Of a DNA stretch of 64,000 nucleotides, positions 50,830 through 63,731 are shown in pieces. The position numbers and the translations under genes are program-made. The notes beneath the pieces are model-generated. The model ran no database searches. It was given only the letters and a program-made list of their open reading frames with translations, and was not told the DNA's origin. Positions within the stretch are counted from its first letter, which is position 1; each line of letters begins with the position of its first letter. This DNA comes from Lama guanicoe. Taxonomy: Eukaryota. The stretch is from positions 248,001 through 312,000 of the forward strand of contig MU054026.1 of NCBI GenBank assembly GCA_013239625.1, read 5' to 3'.

Positions 50830-52380
50830 AGAAAGCTCTAGTAGTCAAGATAGTGTAATACTGGCATAAAGATAAACATATAGACCAGTAGAATAAATTT
50901 GAGAGCTCAGAAATACATTTATGATAAATTTATTTTCAACAAGGGGATCAAGACCATTCAATGGGGAAAGGACAGTTTTTTTTCAAGAGATGGTAGGAGG
51001 AACACTGGATATTCACAGGCAGAAGATGGAGTTGGACGGGTACTTCACACTGTCCACTTAAATTAACTCAAAATATATTGTAGACCTAAATGTCAGAGTT
51101 GAAAACTCTAAGGGAAAAAAAAAACAAATCTTTGTGACCTTGGATTAGGCAATATTTTCTTAGATATGACACCAGCACAAAAGACAAAAAAAGAAGAAAA
51201 ATGGATTTCATCAAATTAAGGACTTGCATTTCAAAAGACATCATCAAGAAGGTGAAAAATCAACCTATGGAATGGGAGAAAATATTTCCAAATATGTCTA
51301 ATAAACAACTTGTATCAGAATAAATAATTCTATAACTCAACAATAAAAAACATGTAATCTATTTTTTTAAATGGGCACAGGATTTGAATAGACATTCCTC
51401 CATATACAAATATACAAATGATATACAAAGGAGGAATAAACACATGAAAAGATATTCCATATTATTATTCATTAGAGAAATGCAAATTAAAACAACAAAG
51501 AGAAAACACTCCACACACACCAGCACGTCTATAATCAAAAGGATGGACAATAGCAAAGAGCAGGGATATGGAGAAATGGGAAACCTCATGCGTTTCTAGT
51601 GGAAATGTAAGTTGATGCAGCCACTTTGGAAAACAGTTTGGCAGTTCCTCAAAAAGTTAAACATAAGAGTTATTATGTTACCCAGCAATTCCACTCCTAG
51701 GCGGACACAAAAGAATTCGAAAACCTACGTCCACAGAAAACTTGTACACAAATGTTTGCAGCAGCATTATTCATAACAGCCAGAGCGGAAACAATCCAAA
51801 CGTCAATGAACTGATGAATGGATAAACACATCTGATATCGCCATGTAATGGAATACTACTTGGCCTTGAAAAGTAATGAAGTACTGATACATGCTACAAC
51901 ATGGATAATCCCTGATAACATGATGTCAAGTAAAAGAAGACAGACAAAAAAGGTCACGCATTTATGATTCATTTTATGTGAAAGGTCCATTAGAGCCAAA
52001 CCTATAGAAACAGGAAGTAGTAATTGTAAGGAGATAAGAGGAGAGGGAATGCGTAGTGATAGGTAGTGATCACGAATGGATATGGGGTTGCTCTATGAAG
52101 TGATTAAAATGTGTTGAAGGAGGGAGGGTGTCGCTCAAGCGGTAGAGCGTGTGCTTAGCATGCATAAGGTCCTGGGTTCAATCCCCAGCACCTGCTTTAG
52201 GGATGAACAAATAAATAAACCTAATTACCTCTCCTCACCAAAAAAGTAAAAAATTATTGTAATGTGTTAAAATATTACTGGTGGTGGTGGATGCACAACT
52301 CTGAATATACTAAAAATCACTGAATTGTATTCTGCAAAATGTTATGGTATGTGATTGTATCTATATAAAGCTTTTATTTA
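50830..52380 (+). mobile_element. L1MB-like element: degraded ORF2 3' part plus 3' UTR
   Basis: accattcaatggggaaaggacag; gcagccactttggaaaacagtttggcagttcctcaaaaagttaaacata; cccagcaattccactcctagg; gaatatactaaaaatcactgaattgta. Confidence 0.85.
52119..52260 (+). mobile_element. tRNA-Ala-derived SINE (vic-1-like) nested in L1
   Basis: gctcaagcggtagagcgtgtgcttagcatgcataaggtcctgggttcaatccccagcacc plus aataaataaacctaattacc tail; TSD aatgtgttgaa (52108-52118) / aatgtgttaaa (52261-52271). Confidence 0.85.
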
Positions 52381-53155
52381 AAAATCTAAGGGGAAATTAT
52401 GGGGTTTTTTGAAGAATGTCTTGATTATCAAAATTATTAGAATTTCCTTAGAAAGCTCTGAGAAAATATATGGGGCATTGTAGAGAGGTTTCAGAAGAGA
52501 ATGTGTTTCTGTCTCAATGCCTTTAGACATATTTTTTTTTGAAGGCGTGAGGTTGTTTCATAGAGTTTTATGAGATTTTTCCAGTTTCATTCAATAATGA
52601 ACCTCAGACTTCTGTTACCAAATATTGATTTCTTTTTTCTGTTTCCCTCTTGGGTTTTACTTCTAAATACAAAATGTATTCTCTTTCTCATCAGATTGGA
52701 GGAAAATTCTTTGTGGAAATCAAAATTCAGTGATACTACATTCATCTGTCATCATTAAGGAAGGAGTTGTCCCATATACGTAAATATTACAAAATAACTG
52801 AAATTCATCTGCAGCCAAGCTCCACATTGGGTTTTCCTTAATCACACTTGATAGAAATATCTCAAAAATGCTTTATTTCCCTGACTTCTGAAGCAGAGAA
52901 TAGCAAACCACCCTCTTTTCTTCATGACACCGGGTCAGTGCTCTGAAGGTCCGTTCCCTGTGATACACTATTATGCACCGCCTGGCTCTGCACTGGTTTT
53001 GCGTGTCCTCTCCTCGCAGGCTGTCAACAGTCACTTCTATTGTCATTGCAGAATGCTTTCTGTAAAAGCTTTTCATAGACTAACAGAGAGATTACTTCAA
53101 TTCTCCTTAGCTTTCTCCCATATTTCATTCCAATAAACTCTTTCACATCACTCAC

Positions 53156-53180
53156 CTGGGGAGCTGGGGAGGGGAAGAAC
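53156..53180 (-). CDS. candidate microexon: 8 nt (53156-53163) or 25 nt (53156-53180)
   Basis: consensus donor CAG|gtgagt; two possible acceptors, ttcttcccctccccag| and tttattttcattttgtctctgtaaaaag|. Confidence 0.45.
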
Positions 53181-54377
53181 CTTTTTACAGAGACAAAATG
53201 AAAATAAAGGACAATTGTCCTGCACTCCTATACCTCAAATTCATCTCAGCTTGACTGACAGGTGATTCTTGAGTTCAGGCATTCTTACTCGTAGGATGGA
53301 TGACTGCTGGTGAACTCAGTGTTAAAGAATGGATGAACTCCCATCTTTTTCGGTCTCAGGGAGAGCCAGGGGTTGGGATGGGTTCTAAGACTTTATCCTC
53401 ATAAAGTGGACATGGCGCTGCTCCCAGCAGCCCCATTCTGTGACCAGGACCACCTCTCCCATCCCCTTTCTCTTCTTACTAATGTTGGTACCATCTCCTT
53501 AAAATTGGGAAGGGGAGGGAGGTTTAGAGGCTGAGGGGGCACTAGCAAGGCAGAAGCAGGGTTCTGACATTAATTTAGTCCTTCGAAGACATCAGCAGAA
53601 GAATAGGGATTGACTGTTACAGTACTATCTTCTTCATCTTACTTAAAGACACAACTTAAAATAAATTAAGTAATTAATTAAATAAACTCATGTTGACCAA
53701 ATGGGACTGTTTTTAATTCATGTACTATCTTTCATCTTTGAACCCTGAATACTGACACAGTCTTGCCTTCTACTTTCTCTAAAGGAAGAAAAAATGTATC
53801 TGCAGAGAAAATTTTTCTCCCGAACTGACAGCTACCTCTTTTCCTTCTTTTGACTTCCCAACACTTTGGGGTTAGATAACTGCAAATAACACTTCAATGG
53901 CCTTTGCATCTTCATGGGTAGGAAATAACCAGAGTAAGTGCCAGAGTATTATCAGAGGTACTTTGGAATCTCAGTATTCCTGTCCACTTTCTTCTTGGTC
54001 CACAGATATGCTATAGGGTTAAGTATATCTGAAGTCTTGTTTCTAAATAAATGGGATATTATATTCCAGAAATTATTTGGAAGGGAGAAATCTAATTTCA
54101 GTAATTAAGGTTACTGTGTGTTCCAGATGGTACAGCTTTTTTTTTCCCTCCCCTAATATTGTTTCATGAATGTATGGAAGAGAAATCTCTGATGGCCTTT
54201 ATTGGAAATGTAGCATGAACAAGAATGAAGATTTGTTAAACGACTGATATTCCAAGGTAATTTGTTGCCACAACGTAACATACCAATGTTGACTAGTGTA
54301 AGCTAGAAGTCTAAAGATGGAGCAAAGCTGTGTGAAAGGGCACTCAGCTTCAGCTTTGTCAAGACTGATTGTTCTTT

Positions 54378-54397
54378 GGAAAAGAAAGAAAGGAGGA

Positions 54398-54480
<83 letters not shown>

Positions 54481-54553
54481 GGAGGGAGGGAGGGAGGGAG
54501 GGAGGAAGGAAGGAAGGAAGGAAGGAAGGAAGGAAGGAAGGAAAGAAAGGAAG
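54378..54553. repeat. compound (GAAA)n(GGGA)n(GGAA)n tetranucleotide microsatellite
   Basis: directly visible. Confidence 0.95.
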
Positions 54554-54704
54554 CATTTGAGGCTAGGAAATGCAAACTTGAGCAAAAGGAGAGTTGTGAT
54601 GAATAAAAGAGGAGAATGACAAATGTAAAAAAAATACTGGGGAACACGGCTAGCCATACAGTACAGGGGATTAACAGAGCCTTCAAAGTCCAGTGCATCA
54701 CATC

Positions 54705-55200
54705 AGATATTTGAACTGCAAGTAACAAACTGATCTGAGCTAGCTTAATCTACATAGGGGAAATTATTTAAATGATATGGAGGAGTTTAAAGGAACGCAA
54801 ATTCAGGACTGCCTCCAAGGCTCAGAAAAGGTTGAGAACCAGATCTGGGAAAGCTGATGGAAGTACTTTCTCTGAACATTTCATCCCTACATTTTTGGGT
54901 ACGTGTTGTTCATTATTCTCTCTCTTTCTCTCTCTCCCCAGACTAGCCTTCTCACTTTCTGTTTACATGTTACAGTTCCAGATACAGACAGATAATCTCT
55001 AGAGTCCAAAATCATATCCCAGGAGAGATGACTTTTGGGTGCTGCTGAGGTCAGATCCCCCACCTACCCAATTAGCTGTGGTCCAAAAGGTGGATCACAC
55101 CATACATGCAAGGATGCTGGGGGCTCACTCTGTGATTCCAGGGTCTCCCACAAAGGAGATGGCCTTGTGGACTGGACTGGGCCACAGCAGTTGCTCACTA
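54705..55200 (-). mobile_element. old MLT1 LTR
   Basis: aactgcaagtaacaaactgatctgagctagcttaat resembles the reverse complement of the MLT1 3' end. Confidence 0.45.
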
Positions 55201-56309
55201 CAAAAAGTAGATAAATAAACATATGATACCTTATACAACAATGAAAAAGTAAATAAGAAAAACTCTATTCTAGAAAAAATGATCTTGATATTAATGAGCA
55301 GACTAGATCAAGACCAACACAGTTCAGAGACAGAACAGATTAAGAAACATACACAAATGAACATATATCCTAGTAAAATTAACTATTTTAAAACAAAAGT
55401 AAACATGAAGGAAAATTTGGTTAAGTCATATCAACAATAATGATTATTTCTTGCTTGATATTCCAAGACTTGAATACTGAGTGGACAATATATTTCTTAT
55501 TCAGTTAAAGGCATATTTTTTAATGGAGCCAATCAAGTTAGTTCCTCAAATTTTAAAGATCAATACACGCAGATCTCATAACATTAGTAGATGAAACATT
55601 AATGCTTTCTACCTGGTTAGTAATGGTAATTCTCCTTATATTTAAACATTTAAGTCAGAAGAGTTTTATGTTTAACTTTTCAAGCTATGAATAATATATT
55701 TCCTCATATATATTTTTTTTTCACTTGGAATTTATATCCTCCTTTGTTTCAATCTTGCAACAAATGATAGTTTGATGAGGTGGAGAGGGCCCTGCTCTGA
55801 AATCATAATGCCACATCTCTTGGTTCGGAATCCTTAAACAAAAGAATTACACAGTCTGAATCTTGGTTTCCTCATAAAGATATTGATTTAAAAAAAAATT
55901 TAACAGAAAGTGTTTCAAGCAACACCAAAAAACATCCTTTGGTTCAGGCTGGACACCAGAGACAGAGAGTTGGCACATTCTGTCTCCCCACTTCTCATGC
56001 CATCCTGTGGAGCAGTGTGATTGGCTGGGTAGCACTGGTCCCACCATGAGGCAGGACGCCAAGAGAAGGACCTTGCCCTCTGCAGCTGTACTCCCGTCCT
56101 GTGATGCTCTGCACTGCAGAGGATGGGGATGTAGTCAGAGCGAGGACACGAGTCTGAACTCGGGTGCAGCTTCTCTGGGTTGCTGAACGCTAGCAGCCCT
56201 ACCCAGCGCTGTCTACAGGAGGCTGAGCTTTTCATACGGCCAAACCTTAATTAATCACTGACATCAGTACTTACTTTCTTCTCTGTAATCTTCACCACTA
56301 AGCCTGTCA

Positions 56310-56905
56310 AGCAAGGTTTTCACTTCAGTTACTACATTTTCCATGAATCTCCATTAGGCTCTTTTTTATAACTTCTATTTCTCTCCTGAGATTTTCTATT
56401 TCTTCATTTGTTTCAAGAGAGTTCATAATCATTTGTTGAAGCATGTGATGATGGCTGCTTTAACATCTTTACCGGATCGTTTCAATGTATCATTCATCTC
56501 AGTGTTGGCTTGTGTTGTATTTTTCATTTGGGTTATGATTTTCTGGTTCTTGGTAGGACAAACAATTTTCAAATACACCCTGGAGATTTGAGATTCCTTT
56601 CTAGTCTTTTTGTGTGTCTATTTAGAAACATTAATTGGATTTGCATAGTACATACAGATTTTAATCCTCTTTTTTTATCTACTACTATTATAACCATTTT
56701 CTTACGAGCCTAAAATTGTTGGGAAATTTCATTTTAATGGCAACAGAGTTTTCCATCTCAAGAAAAAAATCTGAATTTATTTGGACAATCCCCTTTTGTC
56801 AAACATTTAGATTACTTCTTTATTTTTTGCTACTACAAATTGTGCTGCAAAATATAATTTTTAAATAAGTTTATGTAACTGTGATTATTTCCTTAGGATT
56901 ATTTC
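56310..56905 (-). mobile_element. old L1M fragments
   Basis: cttttttataacttctatttctctcctgagattttc; aacatttagattacttctttattttttgctactacaaattgtgctgcaa. Confidence 0.55.
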
Positions 56906-58433
56906 TTGCCTTCAGTCTTCATTTTGAAGGAGAATTTTATTTCAAACGGTTAATGCCAGTATTTTGATCTATTCAGTAAAGGTAGAGAAGTAATCAAGAT
57001 CGTCTTTTTGAACTTTTCAATATGCTAGAAAAGCATATAAAAATGTACACAGTTATATGGAAAGTGAGAGCTCCGTGTTTCTAGTGCATATTTACGTCTT
57101 TATAATTAGATGCTTTAATAGAGCTCATGGTATTTTCAATAGTCTCCGTAATTACGTAGAATTAGTGATGAGTAACTCCTACCTGACATGTCTAATTTTC
57201 CCACTGCAGTGTGAAGATTACATTTGAAATAGTAAACAACATCTTTAAAATATACTTGACATGTTTTTTTCAATTTTAGGTCTTTAGGGCATCATACGAA
57301 AAATATACTAATTTTTCCTGAATGACATGTAGGAAAAACACTGTTGAACACAATTTGTTTGAGAATAGCCATAGGTAGCATGTAAATTAGTGGAATTTTT
57401 AAAGGCCTTTGGTTTATAATAGTCATGATTTTAAAAGAAGTGAATTTGTTGTTCACTGTAAAGCATAATAATTAAGCTTCAGTAGAGGGGGGTACAAGGA
57501 ATATCACGAAAGATGAAAAACAAATTATTTGGGTTCAGATGATGTGAGGATGAAAAGAATCTGGTTATAGGTAAAGCTCTTCATTTCCTAAAATGCTCAA
57601 TGGTAGAAAAAATATTCACATAAAAGTCTAAAGATTAAATAGCCATAAATTGCCTTTTCTTCCTTAAGAAAATAAATAGACACAGTATGGCTCTTTGGAG
57701 CAACAGATCTCTTCTGTAATTGAAATGATAAATAAATGGAATGGAAATGGACTGGACTGGGTGGTTAGGAGTCAGAGCTAAGAGTATTGTATTTTATACT
57801 TTGCAGGTTTCCTTTCTTAACTTGTGACTTTGGGGCTGAAATAATGATCTCTTTTTTTTCCCTTCAAAATAAACCTTTCCTTGCTTCTAACTACCAGGGG
57901 AATATTGCGAAAACATTCAGAACTAACATTACAGAACTAACATAGCTAAAAACCGTGCATCAGCGTCATGAAAAGGCTTCAAATCCCAGGGAGCGAAAAA
58001 CTCCAAACACTGTCAGCGGAGCAGGGCTCTTTACCGTTGATTCTGAGAAATAGTAAGTTTGGGGTTCTTGCTGCTCATTTAGCAGAAATAAACTTTTAAA
58101 AGAAGGAGGAAGAAAGAAAAAAAGAAAAGAAAAAAGAAAAAGGAGCCACATAGAAAACACTTCCTTGTGTTGCCCCGCACCTTGGGACCACACTGACCGA
58201 ACCCTCACAGGGCGAGAGCCCCAGGAAAGGAGGGCAGGGACAGAGCAGCTGCTTCCAGCCTCTGGGACGTCGCTTCGTCCCCTGTGTCGCTTTGCTCATC
58301 CGGAAAAGAACACAGGCGGCAGACACCGGTTTTACCCCACTACGCCTTCCCAGCTGGTGTGGGACTGAGCAGGCACTCTTAACGGATTCTCAGGTTTAAA
58401 AAGATGTTCTCACAAGTACGACGCCTCCCTGCT

Positions 58434-58435
<2 letters not shown>

Positions 58436-58471
<36 letters not shown>
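58436..58471. repeat. (CG)n(CA)n microsatellite
   Basis: directly visible. Confidence 0.9.
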
Positions 58472-58474
<3 letters not shown>

Positions 58475-59403
58475 GCCAAAAGCTTCCATCTTGCCACGAG
58501 TTCCCTGGCTGGTTCCTTTTGGCACTTAGTTACTGTCACTATTGTTTCAAAGTCCACTGTCCATGTCTTTATCAAAGCATGCATGACTTTGTGTGTCTGC
58601 ATTGGTGGGAGGGGGGCTGTAATTCTTTGTGTCACAGTCCCACCACTGGACTGTGAACTCCTGAAGGGCATCCTTGAATCTGTTAGACCTTGCATGTAGT
58701 TAGCATCCAACAGTCATAATCACTATCATTTAGTGAGCAACTACTGACTCCCAGGAATTGTGCTAAGTAATTTTACATAGTTAATAATCAGAGGTTTAAA
58801 AGAATTACGTAACTCACTCAGGGGCAGGCGGGGGGCGAGTCTAACCCCACGAGCTAGGCTCCTGACAAGCAGCCAAGCCTCACATGTTTGTTGAGCAAAG
58901 ATAGGAAGCTGTCCCGCTCTCTCCCCATTGTGACAACTGTGACTACAGACAGCTGATGTTCTTAATACATCTTTTTAACAATCTATCTTTCTGCTGTCAG
59001 TAAAACATTATTTAGCACTTACATATACTGAGATTGCCTTAGAAATGATTCCTGACTTCTAGGAAGCTAGAATCCGGGCAACTACAGTATGGGAAGCATA
59101 GACACATAAGGGACATACAGCCAGAGAATAAAAGTGTTGTCCTCCACGTTAATGGACCATACTCAGGTGCCTCATTTTTCAAGTTACACCGACAACTAAG
59201 CAGGAACATAATGACTTCTGTAATCGTGTATTTCTGTATATACACATATACACATACTCAGGTTTCCCCCATTCTCCCAAAGTAGAGTGCCACCATGAAA
59301 CCTTTTGTAAACCGACATGATGTAAAATGAAGAAGCAGTTACCTTAGGACACATCTTACTAACGGATGCACAAAATAAACTGAGATGAAGCACAGACGCT
59401 CAC

Positions 59404-59523
59404 GGACTCAGCTCAAAGCCACGGCGGCTTGACGCCGAGAGGCTGAGCGCAGCTCCCGGGGAAGGGGCTTGGTGGGGCCACTCTCGCTGTTCCGGGTTGG
59501 GGAGGATGCTGCCTCTGTAATGC
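59404..59523 (-). CDS. candidate 120-nt exon (phase 1: xITEAASSPTRNSESGPTKPLPRELRSASRRQAAVALS*; phase 2: open, HYRGSILPNPEQREWPHQAPSPGAALSLSASSRRGFELS)
   Basis: acceptor tttctttcaccgcaag|, donor CC|gtgagc; GC/CpG-rich patch in an AT-rich background; overlaps ORF 59408-59590. Confidence 0.4.
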
Positions 59524-61444
59524 CTTGCGGTGAAAGAAACCCTGAGTGACTGGGTCTGAGGAGAGTAGGACCATTTGGGTTCTTCACCAATTATCCTTTC
59601 CCTCTCTCTAGCTCCACCACCCTCATTTACCTGGGAGGGCTGGGTGAGTCAAGGGAGGGATGTCCGGCGGGTGTGCTCATGGTCAGTGCTGCTAAGGACC
59701 GCCTTGTGCTCCAGCCCGGGACCAGCAGCCCACATGCCTATGTGTCTGAGTGCCCCGAGTCCTGAAAGCCACAATGTGAGCTCATCGCAACAGAGGGAGA
59801 AAAAAAAACTCCTGAATCCTTATTTCCCCTGAAGCTTCCTAAGTTCTTGAAGTGCAAAGGAGACAGGAAAGCTCACTGTGCGTGCAGAGGGCTCTTCACG
59901 TGGCTGGAGCCAGCCTGAGAGTGGCAGGCAGCACTCATTCAGCCAGAGCAGGAGAAAGCTGCTTCTTCAAAGGGCAGGACGCAACACAGCAGCTGACGGG
60001 GCAGGTGTGTTTGCTTCAGCCTGGGCTGGGTCCTGGGGTCAGAGAATGACCCTGCCCCGGGCATCTCTCTCTCCTTCCCTTTTTCTCTCTTTGTTAAGAT
60101 ACAGATTTACATTGGAAAGCATCCCAGCTTCATCATGGTGGAGACTGCCTCTGTGCAGATATAATCTCTGATTGATGGGGTGTGGAGAGGGAAGGAAGAA
60201 GATAGAAGAGTTTCTGAATTCACTCTAAGATTCAAATCACGTCGGGGACCCTGCCAATCTCCTTAGGCATAAAACTGGGCAAGGCAGAGATCAGCACTGT
60301 GTGTGTTGACAGTTTGCTTTCTCTAAATCCCTATTTACTCATTTAACAGCCTACTAATCTATCAGAATAGAGCCTTATCGTCCCTCTTTACATAATGCAA
60401 TACGGAAATGAAGATTCTTGCTTTTTTTCTTTAATCGCGGCTATTCCCTGGGGACATTAGCAAAATTGAACTTACTGGTTCACTTTAAAAAAAAACAAAC
60501 AAACTTTTATCTGAGTTGCTTCTAGTGGGACACTCCAATGTTATTTATTTTAGTATTTGTAAAATATTAACATATTAATAAAAATGGAGATCTGCAAATG
60601 CTCACTGTCAAGCACCTAGAAGCAATTACTCAAAAGATAATCAATTTAACATTGATACTTTGTGTGTGTGTGTGCGCCAATATCTACCTGGCACTGTTCT
60701 GGGACCTTTGGTGAATATAAGAAAATAAAGGTCATATTCCACACTGATCAATGTGGTGTGAAAAAGCAAACATGTATAACGAGAACAAAGAAATTATCAT
60801 GCTAAATAAAAAAAGTACCAACAGGCATTGTAATGTACCTGACATATTCTAGGCATTCCACACATGTATTGAAAAAATAAGGTTTATATTTTCTGAAGAG
60901 TAATGCTGACCTGTAAATACATTATGCCATTTCATAATGTTGGTCATCTCGCCCATACACCATGCAAATCATCTGGTTCAAATGAAACTAAAAAGGATGA
61001 GATCTTTTTCCTTTTGAGCTAATATTTGTGATGCTAAGGAAAAAAAAAATCAACAGACCACAGAAAGATTCTAAGTCATGCAGAACTATTTAATGCAGTA
61101 TAAGAAAAACTTGCATTTTTAAAAGTGTGCCTTCTGTAGAAAAGAAGCACTCACAGCTTCTGTGCATTGCCCTAAAAAACACTTTCAGTAATCGCACAGT
61201 CAACTGGGAATGCAAATACTAACATGCATATCATCAAATGTTCATATCATGCCAAATTAAATAACTTCTTCCATCAAGTACCATTAAAGAGAAAAGAGCA
61301 TGTTGTATAATTTTGCCTTCAGAGTATTCCTTTTTCTTCATATAAGTTTGAGTTCTTTTAGTTTAATTGTAAATAATTAAATCCAATAAGAAGTTTTAAA
61401 ATTTTTAGCAGAGGATTATTGCACATGGAGAAGTCAGCCATCTT

Positions 61445-61506
61445 TCAGTGTCCCAGCAGCAGTGTGTTCACGCCGTAGATGCAAATACTGCAAGATGAGA
61501 TGCCAG
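61445..61506 (-). CDS. candidate alternative terminal exon (phase 1: xGISSCSICIYGVNTLLLGH*)
   Basis: good acceptor ggcttcttttctcccatccatag|; stops within ~75 nt in all three frames; followed by ~0.9 kb of AT-rich sequence and a minus-strand AATAAA at 60544-60549. Confidence 0.25.
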
Positions 61507-61639
61507 CTATGGATGGGAGAAAAGAAGCCAGACAGAGTTGGCACTGGAATTAAGGCTGAAGAGGAAATAATAATTTCACTGAACCTACAAGTTGTCTATT
61601 AAATTCTGAATTTCATTCCAGTTTCAGGGCTGTTGTGAG

Positions 61640-62092
61640 GCACCTGGAACCTAGGAAGGAAATTACTGTCATTCAGGCTATTACTATAGGGAGAAATCCC
61701 CAGGTCTGAAGATCAGAGTTTCTCAGCAGGATGCTTTCCCCTTAGACTTTTCCAAGGAGAAGCAGAAAAATGAGAGGTGCCGGTGATGTTACAGCTGGGA
61801 GTGCTTTAAAAGCAGGCAGATTTTCAGTCAGTCAGCTGCACGGGAACTACTTCTCTCCGTGTCTAGCTAATTGGAGGAGCACAAACAGTTCAGTTAATCA
61901 TCATAGAAATTTGGAGGGTGTGTGTCTGGTTTTGTAAAGAAAAAGGGGTTCTCTAGCAAGTTTTATCTACGTCTCAGGGAGAAGGGTGGTTCTTTGTAGG
62001 AAGCGATTTTCTTGGGTCTCAGAGAGTATGGGTGCCCTTAACCACCCCGGTTCTCCAGGAACACAAGGCTCAAGATGAAGTTCAATGCCGTC
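61640..62092 (-). mobile_element. MER90/MER110-like ERV1 LTR
   Basis: minus strand begins tgacggcattgaacttcatcttgagccttgtgttcctggagaac. Confidence 0.5.
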
Positions 62093-62362
62093 ACTCACGG
62101 TCTGGTTATTAACTCGAACTAAACTGTCTTGCCTCTTGAGAGTTTACCTACTAGGTACCCTGACTTACTTATGTTGTTCATTTACTGCTTTGTGATCCAT
62201 TGAGGGCTACACATTTCTGTAAAAGATAATTTTCAGAAAGAGATAGAATGATAACTCTCATACAGATTTAAAAATGAAGACACGTTAACAGTTTTATTCT
62301 ACCCAGTAACCAAGGAGAGAACCAGCTAGACGTCATAATGAGTTCAAAAGAGAATTCAAGTC

Positions 62363-62494
62363 GGGGAGGGTATAGTTCAGGTGGCAGAGCACATGCTTAG
62401 CATGCCCGAGGCCCTGTGTTCAATCCCCAGCACCTCCTCTGAAAATAAATAAATCAATCTAATTACCTGCCCCCTCCAAAAAAAAATTAAAAAG
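62363..62494 (+). mobile_element. tRNA-Ala-derived SINE (vic-1-like)
   Basis: ggggagggtatagttcaggtggcagagcacatgcttagcatgcccgaggccctgtgttcaatccccagcacctcc plus tail; TSD agagaattcaa (62349-62359 / 62495-62505). Confidence 0.85.
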
Positions 62495-63094
62495 AGAGAA
62501 TTCAAAAAATACTCCTGACATTTTTAGATGAGGACTATTGACATGAATATGCAAATTAAGAGAAAACTGGTTTTTTCCAAAGGTGGCGGAGGGAAATCAA
62601 TCTGGATTTGTCTGTAGGAATTATTTTGCATTGCTATTAGTTGCCTGTAATTTACAAAATGGTAAAGTAGGTCAAAGACTATAAAAGACTAGACTCATAA
62701 AACCTGCGTAGTTCTTTGTTGAAGCACATTTTTTTTTTCTACATTATCTTTACAGCGAAGTCTGAATGTTTTAGTGTTTCTCACCAGGTCTTAGGCTCTT
62801 CCAGAAAGCCCTAACCATAAATTTAATTCGGTGCCTATTAGCATCAGAGGTCCATCTCCTTTGTGAAGTCTTCTGGAACACCGTACTCAAGTTCCAACTT
62901 TATAATTATCAGTATGACCTTGGTGAAAAACAGACTTAGCCTCACTTATTAGAAGTGAAGTCTCCCCACCCCCCAGAAAAAAGCAGAAGTGAAGTGTCTC
63001 AGGCCCCACCATCCACACCTACTGAAATAGAATCTTCATTTGGTGAATCATATGCACAGTGGTCTAGAAAAGCTCGTTGTTCTGAGAACAAATA

Positions 63095-63731
63095 CAGTTG
63101 ATTCATTATTCACAGATTCTACATCTGCAAATTCACTGGCTCACTGAAATTTACTGTATTCCCCAAATCAGTACTTGGAGCCATTCACAGACATGCACAG
63201 AGCAGTAAAAAAAAAAAAAATGCCAGGGGCTCAACATACATGACCCCAGCGGAGATCAAATAAGGCAATGGTCTCCCTTCCTGTTTCAGCTCTCTTGCTG
63301 TGAACGTGTGGTTTTTGCAGCCTATTTATCTGCTTTGTTGTGATTTGTTGTGCATTGGTGGTTTTGCTGTTGAAAATGACCCCCAAATGTAGTGCTGAAG
63401 TGCTGCCTAGTGTTCCTAAGTGCGAGAAGAATGTGATGTGCCTCGGGGAGAAAATACCTGTATTATGTAAGTTTCATCCAGGCATGAGTTACAGCGCTGT
63501 TGCTCATGAATTGAATGTCAACACATCAACGATCTATATTAAATAAGAGGACTTTGAACAGAAAAATAGATAAAATAACGTTACATATTCATTGTTTGAT
63601 AAAAATGTTGCGACCAGAGGCTCACAGGAACATAACCTTCTACTTCCACTATCAGCAATGTTTAGTTATTCACTAATTCAGTGCACTGTGATTTGATAGA
63701 TCATAACTACTATGAATAACAAGAATCAATT
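63095..63731 (+). mobile_element. MER82-like Tigger DNA transposon with a residual transposase HTH fragment
   Basis: TA|cagttgattc start and gaatcaatt end; ORF 63340-63546 encodes MTPKCSAEVLPSVPK...EKIPVLCKFHPGMSYSAVAHELNVNTSTIYIK, a CENP-B/Tigger N-terminal HTH-like peptide. Confidence 0.75.

Noticed and set aside
53284..53460. Possible exon ending at donor CGA|gtaaga
   Set aside because: No convincing upstream acceptor and no recognisable peptide.
54199..54728. Cluster of overlapping ORFs up to 152 aa
   Set aside because: Artefacts of the GAAA/GGGA/GGAA microsatellite.
63340..63546. CENP-B/Tigger-like ORF as a domesticated gene
   Set aside because: Only a short HTH remnant inside a non-autonomous MER82-like element; no DDE domain is present.
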